The notes beneath the pieces are model-generated. The model ran no database searches. It saw only the letters and a program-made list of their open reading frames with translations, and was not told where the DNA came from. 64,000 bases of DNA. It comes from Odoribacter sp. Z80. GTDB taxonomy: Bacteria; Bacteroidota; Bacteroidia; Bacteroidales; Marinifilaceae. Position numbers and translations under genes: made by a program. Within the stretch, counting starts at the first letter, position 1; every line of letters begins with the position of its first letter. Location: positions 344,426-408,425 of the forward strand of contig NZ_QWEL01000002.1 in the NCBI RefSeq assembly GCF_009935865.1, read 5' to 3'. Shown piece after piece: positions 53,380 to 63,972 of this stretch.

Positions 53380-54435
53380 TTAAAAGATATATTTCTCAAA
53401 ATCCATTTCCAATTGCCTGGCGACTTTTGAAGCTAAAAAACGATGCTGGGCATAATTGTAATTATAAGAGGAAATACTCTCATATAATTTTTCATTCCGC
53501 ATCAGTTGAACTATTTTTTCTATATATTCATTTGTATCAAAATCTTCTATCAGATACCCCATTTTTCCATCTTCAAAAAAGTCTTTCAATCCCCCCACCG
53601 GGCGAGTAATAACCGGCAGCCCGAAAGCCATGGCTTCCAGAACAGAGGTTGGCATCCCCTCGCCGTGAGTCGTAGGCAATAGATATATATCGGAATCTTT
53701 ATAACAATTGGCCAGTTCCTCTCCGAATTTTGCTCCCAGAAGTTTAATACCATTCATAGACCGGGTGAGAGTTTCAACCGCCCTCAGTTCTTTTCCGCTT
53801 CCGACAACATACATGCATGCCTCCGGATACATTTGCTTAAATCGTTTAAACACTTCGATAGCAAAATAGATTCCCTTATTCTTCTCAATTCTTGCTAAAA
53901 ACAACAATTTACCTGTACATTTCGGGGAGGGGTCAATACTAAAGTTTTTTAAAAGTTTATCATCCACTTTAGTTGTTGTGAGCAATACAGGAACTTTTAG
54001 ACCGCAATCCATCAATTTCTGCCGGAATTCGGTGCAAAGGACATAAATTATTTCAGAGTGCCCATAAACCGTTTGAAAGAAAAAAGGTTTCCGAATGAGC
54101 TTTTCTATGTATTTTTCATCCCATCCATGTATAAAGGTAACAACCTTTTTTCTGAAAATTTTAGCTGTGAGCAAATATAATCCGTCCCGGAACAACTGAT
54201 ATTTTCTGAGAGACGGATTAACAATTATCAAATCATATTTTCCAAAGAGTATCCGGAAGCTAAATAGCAACAAATCGTATGGAAACAAAAAGAAAGGATG
54301 TATTTTCAAACTATTTCGCCGGCCATAATAAATGTATTCTATTGTATGAGACCAATAGTCATTTAACCCGAGGTAATGGTTAGCCACCCCGCCAACCCGT
54401 TTTAAATCCGGGCATACAATCAGTATTTTTTTCAT
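53380..54435 (-). CDS. Glycosyltransferase, GT4-like.
   Basis: C-terminal GEGMPTSVLEAMAFGLPVI motif. Confidence 0.75.
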   Translation of the reverse strand: MKKILIVCPDLKRVGGVANHYLGLNDYWSHTIEYIYYGRRNSLKIHPFFLFPYDLLLFSFRILFGKYDLIIVNPSLRKYQLFRDGLYLLTAKIFRKKVVTFIHGWDEKYIEKLIRKPFFFQTVYGHSEIIYVLCTEFRQKLMDCGLKVPVLLTTTKVDDKLLKNFSIDPSPKCTGKLLFLARIEKNKGIYFAIEVFKRFKQMYPEACMYVVGSGKELRAVETLTRSMNGIKLLGAKFGEELANCYKDSDIYLLPTTHGEGMPTSVLEAMAFGLPVITRPVGGLKDFFEDGKMGYLIEDFDTNEYIEKIVQLMRNEKLYESISSYNYNYAQHRFLASKVARQLEMDFEKYIF

Positions 54436-55778
54436 CTTATATTATAAAAAAGAATTAGAATAAGCATTGAAGCCGTATAAACGAATGACAGCAGTTTCCG
54501 GTATTTGTATTCCCGTAGTTTTTGATACCCGTACACCGATAGAATAAAGAATAAAGGAATCATCGTATAAGAAAATCTGTAATCAAAAGAAAAGACAGTG
54601 ATGATAACGAGTATGATATTCAGAAATATAAAAAAGGTAATCGGATATAATGCGGTTATCCCGTTTTTAATCACATAAAACATTCCGTACAATCCAAATA
54701 AGGAAATCAACGTTTTCAGCAGAGAATAAGGATTATAGAGTAAAGCTTCTTTGGTATTTGACAAAAGAAAATTAGGATATGGTCCGACAAAACCGGCAAA
54801 AGAATTCATGATTATCCTGAATAAACTCCCTCCGCCGCCTTCCGGATTTTCTGCCTGCTTATGAATAATGATAGCCAACAAAGGGTATTCGGTAGATATT
54901 AGATAAGAAGTGAAAGTAGCTAAAACCCATACTCCTGCTACCAGCAGGAAAAGCAGTTTGGAAGACAGCCTTTTATATACCGGATGACAAAAGAGGAGAA
55001 TAAGGAGAAACAGGGTTATATAATGCCTGAAAAAAAGAGTAGATAAAATAAATGCAAATGTCAGAATTAAATATTTAAAATTCTTCCGGTAAAACCAGCA
55101 ATACATGTAATACATGGCTGCGGTGATCAGAGTGATGAATACAGATTCTTTCATTCCACAGCTGTTACTCCATATCGCACAAGAATTTAATCCCCATAAA
55201 AGCATGGCTACTTTGGCCTCCTTGCTCTGAAGGAAAAAACGTCCCAACTTATAAGTAAATATTGAACAAAGGGCAAATGATAAACTATTTAACAGGATAA
55301 GCAGTATTCTGGCCTGATTGTCTGATGAGGTATATCTGAAAACAAGTCTTAAAAGAAGAGGAAAACCATAATCTGAGATTTCGGCATCCTGGCTCTGCAA
55401 ATAGGCAACAGCCCCGCTGAGGGAAGGAATATCTTTCAGAGCAGAAGCATAATTGTAATAGGTAATGGCATCTACCGGATTATAACCATAGGGACTTTCC
55501 GTATAATGAAGAAAAAAATAATACATCCCTAAGGACAGGATAACATTATAGATAAATATAACTACAATGCCCGACCGGACATTTAAGATTATACCAAGAG
55601 CAAAGGAACTGATAAAAAATAAGAATAAAATAAACGGAACAACAAATAATTCCGTTGGCGTAGGTTTGGAAGAATTAAAAAAGATTATAAAAAATAACAG
55701 GAGGAGCAGATAGATAAAGGTATATCCTATTATCCTGTTTATGATATTGGAAGTACTGTAAACCGAACCTGGTATCAT
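54432..55778 (-). CDS. Polytopic membrane protein, probably a Wzy-type O-antigen/EPS polymerase.
   Basis: About 11 hydrophobic segments with one larger loop, embedded in a glycosyltransferase operon. Confidence 0.45.
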   Translation of the reverse strand: MIPGSVYSTSNIINRIIGYTFIYLLLLLFFIIFFNSSKPTPTELFVVPFILFLFFISSFALGIILNVRSGIVVIFIYNVILSLGMYYFFLHYTESPYGYNPVDAITYYNYASALKDIPSLSGAVAYLQSQDAEISDYGFPLLLRLVFRYTSSDNQARILLILLNSLSFALCSIFTYKLGRFFLQSKEAKVAMLLWGLNSCAIWSNSCGMKESVFITLITAAMYYMYCWFYRKNFKYLILTFAFILSTLFFRHYITLFLLILLFCHPVYKRLSSKLLFLLVAGVWVLATFTSYLISTEYPLLAIIIHKQAENPEGGGGSLFRIIMNSFAGFVGPYPNFLLSNTKEALLYNPYSLLKTLISLFGLYGMFYVIKNGITALYPITFFIFLNIILVIITVFSFDYRFSYTMIPLFFILSVYGYQKLREYKYRKLLSFVYTASMLILILFYNIR

Positions 55779-56953
55779 CAGATTAGTTCTTCTATTTTTT
55801 TCAACAGTCGCATGGAAAATTTACTCCATGTCCTGTCCTGCACAGAATTTTGGCAAGTAGTTTTAATTGTTGCGCGGTTATTCTTTACATTACAAATAAA
55901 TTGGAAGATACGGTCTATCTGTTCGCCGGATATTTCAACATCGGGCAAAATCAGACCGTTTTCTCCCGATTTCACCGTTTCCTTTATATCTCCGGCATAC
56001 TGCGTCGCTATAACCGGAACTCCTGCAGCCAAATATTCCAGAATTTTAGTGGGGGAAGAAACCTGGTTTAATAACCGTTGGTCTCGAATTAAAAAACCGG
56101 CATCCATCAAGGGAAGATATTCAGGTATTTGTCTGCCTGTCAATGAGTAAACCGCATAATGTCCTGCCCCCAATCTGTCTAATTCCGGTTTGATGCTCTC
56201 CGTGGGAAAGTTGGTAAACAATAAAAAGAAGATCCGCGCGTCCTTTTTGCGGAGTTCTGAAACAATGTGTAAAATAGAATGGATATTTTGCCATTTTTGC
56301 AAACCTCCGCAATATCCCAATAAAATCCGGTCAGCATATTTTTCAGAGAGAGTTGCAAGTGGTTGCCGTTGAAATCTTTCATAATCTACACAGCAAGGCA
56401 TGACAAAATAATTATTTATTTTTTGCGAGCTTATTTTCTCAAGAGCTGTTTTTAAATTTTCTGAAACGACAATAATGAAATCAGCCAACCGAACAGCCCG
56501 GATTGTTGAATTTTTTATGGATTTCAATTTGGGATGAGTCTCCGGAAGAGCCGGATGTAAAAAATGATATTCGTCTGCACTCTCTCCATGAAAATCTACA
56601 ATAAGAGGAGTATTCCTCCTTTTGAAACGGGCAATTTGTCCTCCATAATTATGCTCAGCCTGAATAAAAACGTACTTATTCCATAGATTAAGAAAAAACA
56701 AACATACCTGCCCTGTAAAAATAGTCAATGCTTTCAGAAAAAGTCCTCTGCTAAATCCAAAACAAGGCATTAATATCCAACCGACATCTTCCCTCAGGTA
56801 GTTTTTATATTTAAACAGGTATTTTAAACTGGGGTAAGAAAATAACAACAGCACAGTGATTTGGTAACCAGCTCCGATGTAAGTATCTATAAATGAATAC
56901 AACCGATGTTTCGCCCCTTCATCTATATGAAACTTCAGTCCGGGAATAATCAT
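55778..56953 (-). CDS. Glycosyltransferase (GT-B fold; the family assignment is tentative).
   Basis: Operon context and GT-B-like length. No canonical motif could be read. Start probably at the second Met (MIIPG). Confidence 0.45.
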   Translation of the reverse strand: MIIPGLKFHIDEGAKHRLYSFIDTYIGAGYQITVLLLFSYPSLKYLFKYKNYLREDVGWILMPCFGFSRGLFLKALTIFTGQVCLFFLNLWNKYVFIQAEHNYGGQIARFKRRNTPLIVDFHGESADEYHFLHPALPETHPKLKSIKNSTIRAVRLADFIIVVSENLKTALEKISSQKINNYFVMPCCVDYERFQRQPLATLSEKYADRILLGYCGGLQKWQNIHSILHIVSELRKKDARIFFLLFTNFPTESIKPELDRLGAGHYAVYSLTGRQIPEYLPLMDAGFLIRDQRLLNQVSSPTKILEYLAAGVPVIATQYAGDIKETVKSGENGLILPDVEISGEQIDRIFQFICNVKNNRATIKTTCQNSVQDRTWSKFSMRLLKKIEELI

Positions 56954-56963
56954 TAAAATTTTC

Positions 56964-58181
56964 TTATTGGACTTTTGTCTTTTCATTCAGATAAATATTG
57001 ATAAGTTTGTCCGTCAATAAGTCGATGTCAAATTTTTGCCACCACTCTTCATAAGACAGATATGAAGTTCCGGAATGCGAGGAAAGAGGATGCTGTAAAG
57101 AATTTTTCCCAAGATAAACCTTCCGGATAAGTTTCTGCAGCTTCTCAGCCAATTGCTCCGCATCCTCTTTTTCTATCAAATAGCAATCTTCAAGTCCCTC
57201 CACAATCTCCGGCATCCCACCGGTATTCGTACATATAACAGGAAGCCGGTAAGCACATGCTTCTATAATAGCCATGCCTAACCCTTCACTACGTGAAGGA
57301 TGAACATAAATATCAAAAGCGGGCAATATTTCCATAATGTCCTCCCTTTTGCCAAGCAGGTGAAAGACTTGTTCCAACCGATATTCTTTTTGTAAAAGAA
57401 GAATACGTTGCAGAAATGCAAGGTCCGTTTCTGCGGGTTGGCTGCGCAAACCTCCTATATGACAGAACTGAAAGGGAGGTAAATCCGGTATTCCTTGTAA
57501 AATATTCAGGGCCTTAACTATAACGTCCAACCCTTTCAGGTATTCGATTGCCCCAATGTTACAAATCCTTATCGTCGCATCCTGTGGGTTAAAACCCAAC
57601 TTTTTACAAGCCCCGGAATAAGTTCCATGCGGTCGTTCTATTCCCAAATGGAGATTCGCAATATTAGGCCTGTCAACAAAGGCTTTGTATTGTTTTTGTG
57701 TTGCCTCAGATACGCAAAATACTTTTTCAGAAGCTACCGCCAACAAGTATAAATAGGTCTTGAAAAAGAAATATCTGATACGTCCCTTTCGAGTCTTATA
57801 TTCCTCCATTGTCCCCTCCCAAATTTTGGAATGAAAAGAGACAAAAAGCTGAAAACGGAAGAAAGGCCGGAGACAAGCCAGCAGAAGTTTTATCTGGTTT
57901 ATAAAATGTACGTGAACAATTTCGGGTTTGTACTGCTTTAATAATTTTATAATTGCAATTGTACGGGCCAGTATATTCTGACCGGATTTTAAAAAGATAA
58001 TGTCCGCCTGGCTTCTGACAATAGCTTCTTTTAATTCCGGAGCCTCGTCCAAAGTATCAAAAAAAACAAAAAAAAGATTATGGCCCTGTGACCTCAATTT
58101 TTGGGCAACCAGTACATTGAATTTGTCAAAACCGGAATAAACAACCGGCTTGTAATTGATAAACTGAAAGATCGTAGCCAT
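56964..58181 (-). CDS. Glycosyltransferase family 4.
   Basis: ...HPSRSEGLGMAIIEACAYRLPVICTNTGGMPEIVE... is the canonical GT4 EX7E region. Confidence 0.8.
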   Translation of the reverse strand: MATIFQFINYKPVVYSGFDKFNVLVAQKLRSQGHNLFFVFFDTLDEAPELKEAIVRSQADIIFLKSGQNILARTIAIIKLLKQYKPEIVHVHFINQIKLLLACLRPFFRFQLFVSFHSKIWEGTMEEYKTRKGRIRYFFFKTYLYLLAVASEKVFCVSEATQKQYKAFVDRPNIANLHLGIERPHGTYSGACKKLGFNPQDATIRICNIGAIEYLKGLDVIVKALNILQGIPDLPPFQFCHIGGLRSQPAETDLAFLQRILLLQKEYRLEQVFHLLGKREDIMEILPAFDIYVHPSRSEGLGMAIIEACAYRLPVICTNTGGMPEIVEGLEDCYLIEKEDAEQLAEKLQKLIRKVYLGKNSLQHPLSSHSGTSYLSYEEWWQKFDIDLLTDKLINIYLNEKTKVQ

Positions 58182-58210
58182 TCGGGGAAGGGATATGTTT
58201 TATAAATAAC

Positions 58211-59722
58211 TTATTCCGCTTGCTTTACTTGTGATGAATGTTTTTCCAGAATGTTATATTTTATATTAGAATTCAACATGGACTTAAAAGTCAGAATAAC
58301 AACAAAACAGCCCAGAAGGTAAATGGGAATTCTGATTATCCAAGACACGGAAATAAATGATAAACCGATTAAAGCGCTTATCATACTCCATACAATCAGA
58401 ACGTTTTTTGATACAACAAATTCCAAAGGCATCCATCTCTTTTTAATGTATACAGGATACATCACCATGGTCACCATTATATAAGCCAGGCAATAACTAA
58501 TCGCTAACCCTACGGAAGCATAGCATTTTAAATAATAAAAACTGCTTAACAGAAAAACGCCCCAAAGCACATTGTCCAATAAATTGACCCACTGCATATT
58601 TTGCGTAACAAAGATTCTGCTCATTCCTTGTTTATACATGATAATCACCATAAACAATATGACAAAGACAAGCGTTCTGTCAAATATTTCTCCCTCGTAT
58701 TCTTTGCCAAAAAGATAACTCCCAATTTCCGGGAAGCATAGAAACGGCAATCCAATCATGACTCCCAGAAACCAGGGCATTAACACATTCAATTTTTCAA
58801 TAAGATTGTCATGAGTCTTGCTGTTCGACATAAAAGCAATGAAAGGCGCGTTTAGTGTATTGGCTGCAACTACCACTATGGTATTGACAATCAAGGCTGC
58901 CGAATAAATTCCCATCGCAGAAAAACCGGCAGTATTTACCAACATAACGTCCGAGCACCATTTTACCGGCATGATAATCAATCCGGATAAAGCAGCCGGC
59001 AGACTAAATATATAGAGTAAACGCCATTCTTTTAACCCTTCTCTCAGATTCAGGGAAATCACTTTTCTTTGAACCAAAGACTTTATGGCCATTTGGTATT
59101 GGACGCAAAGGGTGAAATTGGTAATGGTATAAGCTATTATACTGCCTCTTACCCCATAAAAGTATGCTCCGGTAACAAATACCGGAAAAGAAATCAATGC
59201 ATTTATGATATTAATTTTCGCATCTGTTTTGAATTGTTTAAGTCCGAACAATATACCGGTTTGTGCACCGTTTAAAGCACTCATCAGCAATATAAACGAG
59301 GCAATCCGGAAATCGTTGACCAGATAAGGGGATTTCAGGGTTTTGTCTGCAATCAGGTCCGAAAACGTAAAAGATACAATGGTCACGATTATTCCCATAA
59401 AAGCAGCAAAAGACATCGTTAGCGAAGCTATTCTGCTTGCTTTCAAGGAATCCGATTCAAGGTATTGGGCAATAAATTTTGTTCCTGTAATCCCCAGGCC
59501 GAAGCTGGCAAAAGCAGAAAACATCATGACAGTGTTCCGGATAAGCCCATATTCCCCGTATCCGTCTTTACCCAGGATTCTTGCAATCAGAATCCAAGCT
59601 ATAAAATTCAGGACTTTAGAGGAAACCGAACCAAAAACCGACCAAAAAATGTCTTTAGCTAATCCTTTTACTTCTGAGGTCTGATTGGAATACAGTTCCC
59701 GGAATTTATGAATCATCGCCAC
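58211..59722 (-). CDS. Wzx-type oligosaccharide flippase.
   Basis: 503 aa with about 12-14 TM segments and the typical N-terminus. Confidence 0.75.
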   Translation of the reverse strand: MAMIHKFRELYSNQTSEVKGLAKDIFWSVFGSVSSKVLNFIAWILIARILGKDGYGEYGLIRNTVMMFSAFASFGLGITGTKFIAQYLESDSLKASRIASLTMSFAAFMGIIVTIVSFTFSDLIADKTLKSPYLVNDFRIASFILLMSALNGAQTGILFGLKQFKTDAKINIINALISFPVFVTGAYFYGVRGSIIAYTITNFTLCVQYQMAIKSLVQRKVISLNLREGLKEWRLLYIFSLPAALSGLIIMPVKWCSDVMLVNTAGFSAMGIYSAALIVNTIVVVAANTLNAPFIAFMSNSKTHDNLIEKLNVLMPWFLGVMIGLPFLCFPEIGSYLFGKEYEGEIFDRTLVFVILFMVIIMYKQGMSRIFVTQNMQWVNLLDNVLWGVFLLSSFYYLKCYASVGLAISYCLAYIMVTMVMYPVYIKKRWMPLEFVVSKNVLIVWSMISALIGLSFISVSWIIRIPIYLLGCFVVILTFKSMLNSNIKYNILEKHSSQVKQAE

Positions 59723-59731
59723 AATATCGGA

Positions 59732-60886
59732 TTATCTTATCTTTATCAGACTCCGGACTATCCTTTCGCACGCTTTTCCATCCCCATAGGGATTGACAGC
59801 CAGACTCATCTGATTGTAATATTCGCTGTTATCCAATAAGGCAGACACTTCTTCCCTGATTTTGCCGTAATCGGTTCCGACTAATTTTACGGTACCGGCT
59901 TCCAGCGCTTCCGGCCGCTCGGTGGTATTCCTCATGACCAGAACGGGTTTACCCAAACCGGGAGCTTCTTCCTGAATCCCACCGCTATCTGTCAGGACAA
60001 TAGTGCTCTTTTCCATGAGGTATACAAAAGAGAGGTATTCCAGGGGTTCAATAAAAAATATATTCGATAATGAGGATGATCCGAAGATTTCGGTAATCGG
60101 TTGCCGGACATTAGGATTCAAGTGCATGGGGTAAACGAAATCCACTTCCGGATATTTTTCCGTAAGTGATTTTATGGCCTGACACATGGAAATAAAACCA
60201 TCCCCAAAGTTTTCACGGCGATGTCCGGTGATAAGGACAAGTTTTCTACCCTGCCCCAGGCGGCTAACGGCATAACCGGCCTTCGCAAGGATGTCCTCCA
60301 ATTCCCGGGCAAGCGATTTGTTTTCTTTGATTTTCCGAACAACCCAATAAAGGGCATCGATTACGGTATTTCCGGTAACAATGATTTTCTCGTCAGCGAT
60401 GTTTTCCTGCAACAGATTTTGCCGGCTTAATAAAGTCGGTGCAAAATGATAAGCCGCTATCCGTGCAGTAATCTGCCGGTTCATCTCCTCCGGCCAGGGG
60501 CTGTAAATATCATGAGTACGCAATCCGGCTTCGACATGCCCCACCGCTATTTGTTGATAAAAAGCCGCTAAAGCGGCAGCCGTTGATGTCGTCGTATCTC
60601 CGTGCACCAGTACGACATCCGGATGGGTTTCTTTCAGGACTTCCCGCATACCCGTCAGGACCCTTGCAGTAACATCATAGAGATCCTGTCCCTGCTTCAT
60701 GATATTCAAATCATAATCCGGCCGGATATCGAAGATATGAAGTACCTGATCCAGCATTTCGCGATGCTGGCCCGTAACACATACTATGGTTTGGAACTCT
60801 TCCGGATATTTTTGAAATTCTTTTACCAGAGGAGCCATTTTTATGGCTTCAGGACGAGTCCCGAAAGCCAGCATAATCTTTTTCAT
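59732..60886 (-). CDS. wecB: UDP-N-acetylglucosamine 2-epimerase (non-hydrolysing).
   Basis: MKKIMLAFGTRPEAIKMAPLVKEF...HVEAGLRT... Confidence 0.9.
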   Translation of the reverse strand: MKKIMLAFGTRPEAIKMAPLVKEFQKYPEEFQTIVCVTGQHREMLDQVLHIFDIRPDYDLNIMKQGQDLYDVTARVLTGMREVLKETHPDVVLVHGDTTTSTAAALAAFYQQIAVGHVEAGLRTHDIYSPWPEEMNRQITARIAAYHFAPTLLSRQNLLQENIADEKIIVTGNTVIDALYWVVRKIKENKSLARELEDILAKAGYAVSRLGQGRKLVLITGHRRENFGDGFISMCQAIKSLTEKYPEVDFVYPMHLNPNVRQPITEIFGSSSLSNIFFIEPLEYLSFVYLMEKSTIVLTDSGGIQEEAPGLGKPVLVMRNTTERPEALEAGTVKLVGTDYGKIREEVSALLDNSEYYNQMSLAVNPYGDGKACERIVRSLIKIR

Positions 60887-60904
60887 TGGAAAATCAGTTC
60901 TTTT

Positions 60905-62464
60905 TTAATCCCATTTATAATCTTCCTTTACCCCGCTCTTCAAGGCTGGTCCGAATTCGAATCCCATTTGCCCGAACCATTGTTCCCGTTGAAGGATATT
61001 CTGATAAAACCGGGTAAAGTCAAGCACCTCCCCCTGATGCCACATTTGTTCTGCCAATGCAAGAATACGGGGGAACAAACGCCGGTCTATCATCCGTTCT
61101 GTAACTCCGTCATCGGTCCACAACGCACAAGTCATACCGAGAACCAGGGGATTCTTTTCATCGATTACTTTGTCTGAAGGATTATTGTAATATACATCTT
61201 TCAGGTCAAAAGTACGCTCTTTCGCATATCCTTTCCAAGGAATAAGCGGAAAATTCAGATATGTATAATAATTGGAACTGCAAATGACCGGATACCGTAA
61301 CCTGAGTGCATTCCGAAGTGCCAGGTCTTTATGGCCCCGGAAGTTCCACCACTGAATTACTGTATTATCCGGTAGCGGATACCCGTCATGATAGACCACA
61401 TCGCCCCAAAATATGGCCTGACGCCCCTTCAATTTCAGGTAAGCGGCCATCTGTGCCGAGAACCATAATTGCAGGTCGTGACTGTTTTTCAAATTCATTG
61501 CAGTAATCCTCTGTTGACAATCCGGACACTTGTTCCAGTTATCTTTCGGTGCTTCGTCACCTCCCAGATGGATATAAGGGGAAGGGAAAAGAGTACATAC
61601 TTCGTCCAACACATTTTTCAAAAAATGCAAAACTTCTTCTTTGCCCGCACAAAATATATTAGGGGTAAATCCGTATTCCGGTACTTCAACAGGCAGGCCA
61701 AAGCAACTGAGTTCCGGATAAGCGGAGAGTGCAGCTTCAGCATGTCCCGGCATATCTATCTCAGGCACAACAGTAATGTTCCGCTGAGCAGCATATTCAA
61801 CAATTTCCCGTATTTCTGCCTGTGTATAAAATCCCTGTTGTTCTTCACCTTTTCCTACTGTTCCCCCTATCTGTGCGAGACGCGGATACCGTTTGATTTC
61901 GATCCGCCAGCCTAATCCTTCGGTCAAATGCCAATGAAAATAATTCATTTTAAGTAATGAAGCCATATCAATGTATTTTTTGATAGTGGCTATTTTCTGG
62001 TATTGCCGTCCGGAATCCAGCAGAAAACAACGCCATGGCACACGGGGGGAATCGGAAATAACAACAGAAGCAAAAATAAGGTTCCCTGCTGAATCAGCCA
62101 CCCATTGGCGTAAGGTCTGTACGGCATGAGTAAATCCTTCTTTCCCGGAAGCGGCGATCACCATTTGTCGCGGATTTATACTTATTTTATAAGCTTCCGA
62201 AGACAATGAGGAATCGGTCACCCAGTAAATCTCAGCTTTGGATGCTTTTTTCGTCCATTTGACGGGAATATTACGGAGTACTTCCGTACGAAAAAAACTT
62301 AAATAGAAAGTTGTAGTGTCTTCTGCGTATATAGAAACATTTTTTCCTATGTTCAAATTGCCTTTTTGTATTTTCACCTGATTCGGGGAAGGAAATACAA
62401 TCTGCCCACAAGCAATAACAACGAATGATACAAGAAAGAAAACAGTCAGCAATAGGTATCTCAT
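60905..62464 (-). CDS. Secreted GH20 family beta-N-acetylhexosaminidase-like protein, encoded inside the polysaccharide biosynthesis operon.
   Basis: Signal peptide. ...YFHWHLTEGLGWRIEIKRYP... and ...HLGGDEAP... GH20 catalytic motifs. Confidence 0.8.
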   Translation of the reverse strand: MRYLLLTVFFLVSFVVIACGQIVFPSPNQVKIQKGNLNIGKNVSIYAEDTTTFYLSFFRTEVLRNIPVKWTKKASKAEIYWVTDSSLSSEAYKISINPRQMVIAASGKEGFTHAVQTLRQWVADSAGNLIFASVVISDSPRVPWRCFLLDSGRQYQKIATIKKYIDMASLLKMNYFHWHLTEGLGWRIEIKRYPRLAQIGGTVGKGEEQQGFYTQAEIREIVEYAAQRNITVVPEIDMPGHAEAALSAYPELSCFGLPVEVPEYGFTPNIFCAGKEEVLHFLKNVLDEVCTLFPSPYIHLGGDEAPKDNWNKCPDCQQRITAMNLKNSHDLQLWFSAQMAAYLKLKGRQAIFWGDVVYHDGYPLPDNTVIQWWNFRGHKDLALRNALRLRYPVICSSNYYTYLNFPLIPWKGYAKERTFDLKDVYYNNPSDKVIDEKNPLVLGMTCALWTDDGVTERMIDRRLFPRILALAEQMWHQGEVLDFTRFYQNILQREQWFGQMGFEFGPALKSGVKEDYKWD

Positions 62465-62687
62465 GGAATAATATTATTTTGATTGTAATTAACAAAGAAT
62501 AATCCGCACTCACTCACGTTTTAAAAGTACAAATATATCCTGAAAACAATCATTATTTTGAGATAATCTACAAAATTCGAAAAAGACCTGTCTATTCTTT
62601 ATCTGTCTCTCGACCGTTCCGGAGCAAAACTCAGGAAGTGACGGGAAAGAATGTTTGAATTAACAAGACATTGTAAACAAAAGAGAA

Positions 62688-63896
62688 TCAATTCTTTTTA
62701 TAAATCCCGCAAAAATCCAGAATTACTTTATCGTCGCGGAAAGGTAAAGTTTTGAACTCCTTATGTGCTACGAGGAAGACTACGATATCGGCTTTCTCGT
62801 AAGCTTCGGCATAAGGCGTCAGTTTAAAGACTTTATGGTCCGCAATGTTAGGTTCAACCACAAGAATATCAGCATTATTACAACTTTGCATCACCTCCGT
62901 CGTAATATGTTTGGCCGGAGCTTCCCGCAAATCATCGATATCCGGTTTAAAGGCAAGGCCCATCATGGCAAGCACCGGTTTCCGATGGTGTTCCAGTTCA
63001 AATTGAAGCATAGCATTTTTTACTTTTTCCGCACACCAGAAAGCTTTGTAATTGTTGACTTCCCTGGCTTTTGAAATAACCTGCGATTCCATCGGAAAAT
63101 CTGCAATAATGAAATACGGGTCAACAGCTATGCAATGTCCCCCGACACCACAACCAGGCTGAAGAATATTTACACGGGGATGTTTATTGGCCAGATCGAT
63201 TAATTCCCAGACATTGATTCCGGCTTTGTCGCAAATAAGTGACAATTCATTGGCAAAAGCAATCTGAACATCACGGGAAGAATTTTCCGTCAGTTTACAC
63301 ATTTCTGCCGTTTTCGCATTCGTCCGGTGTAAAGTGCCCTGCACAAACTGGCTGTAGAAACAGACCGCCTTCTCGGTTGATTCCGGATTGATACCCCCAA
63401 TTACCCGGTCATTATTCCTCAACTCGTAAATAACATTTCCCGGCAACACCCGTTCCGGACAATAAGCAATGTAAATTTTATCTTTTAACTCGGGACGTTC
63501 ATCGAATATAATTTCGGTCATCATTTCGGTTGTTCCCACCGGAGAGGTAGACTCTATGACAAACAAATCCCCCTCTTTCAAATAAGGAATCACACTCCGG
63601 GTAGCCGCTTCAACATAGGCAATGTCCGGTTGATAGTCTCCCTTAAAAGGAGTCGGTACGACAATGAAATAAGCCTCACTGGTTTCCGGCTGTGTAGAAG
63701 CATGCAGTTTATTGTTTCTAACTACTTCCTGCAGACAATCTTCCAGCCCCGGTTCGACAATATGCAGTTTTCCCTGGTTTGTCAGTTCTACTACCTGAGG
63801 ATTTATATCTACACCGACAACGTCAATACCTTGCTTTGCCGCAATGATTGCAGTCGGAAGCCCTATGTAGCCTAAGCCCATAAAACACGCTTTCAT
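62688..63896 (-). CDS. wecC: UDP-N-acetyl-D-mannosamine dehydrogenase-like nucleotide-sugar dehydrogenase.
   Basis: N-terminal Rossmann GLGYIGLP motif. Length about 400 aa. Paired with wecB. Confidence 0.8.
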   Translation of the reverse strand: MKACFMGLGYIGLPTAIIAAKQGIDVVGVDINPQVVELTNQGKLHIVEPGLEDCLQEVVRNNKLHASTQPETSEAYFIVVPTPFKGDYQPDIAYVEAATRSVIPYLKEGDLFVIESTSPVGTTEMMTEIIFDERPELKDKIYIAYCPERVLPGNVIYELRNNDRVIGGINPESTEKAVCFYSQFVQGTLHRTNAKTAEMCKLTENSSRDVQIAFANELSLICDKAGINVWELIDLANKHPRVNILQPGCGVGGHCIAVDPYFIIADFPMESQVISKAREVNNYKAFWCAEKVKNAMLQFELEHHRKPVLAMMGLAFKPDIDDLREAPAKHITTEVMQSCNNADILVVEPNIADHKVFKLTPYAEAYEKADIVVFLVAHKEFKTLPFRDDKVILDFCGIYKKN

Positions 63897-63972
63897 CTGT
63901 ATATAATTTATGTTATAACTTATTGATTTTTCAATGAAAAAAAGAAGAGGCGCAACACCATATCCCTTTGAA

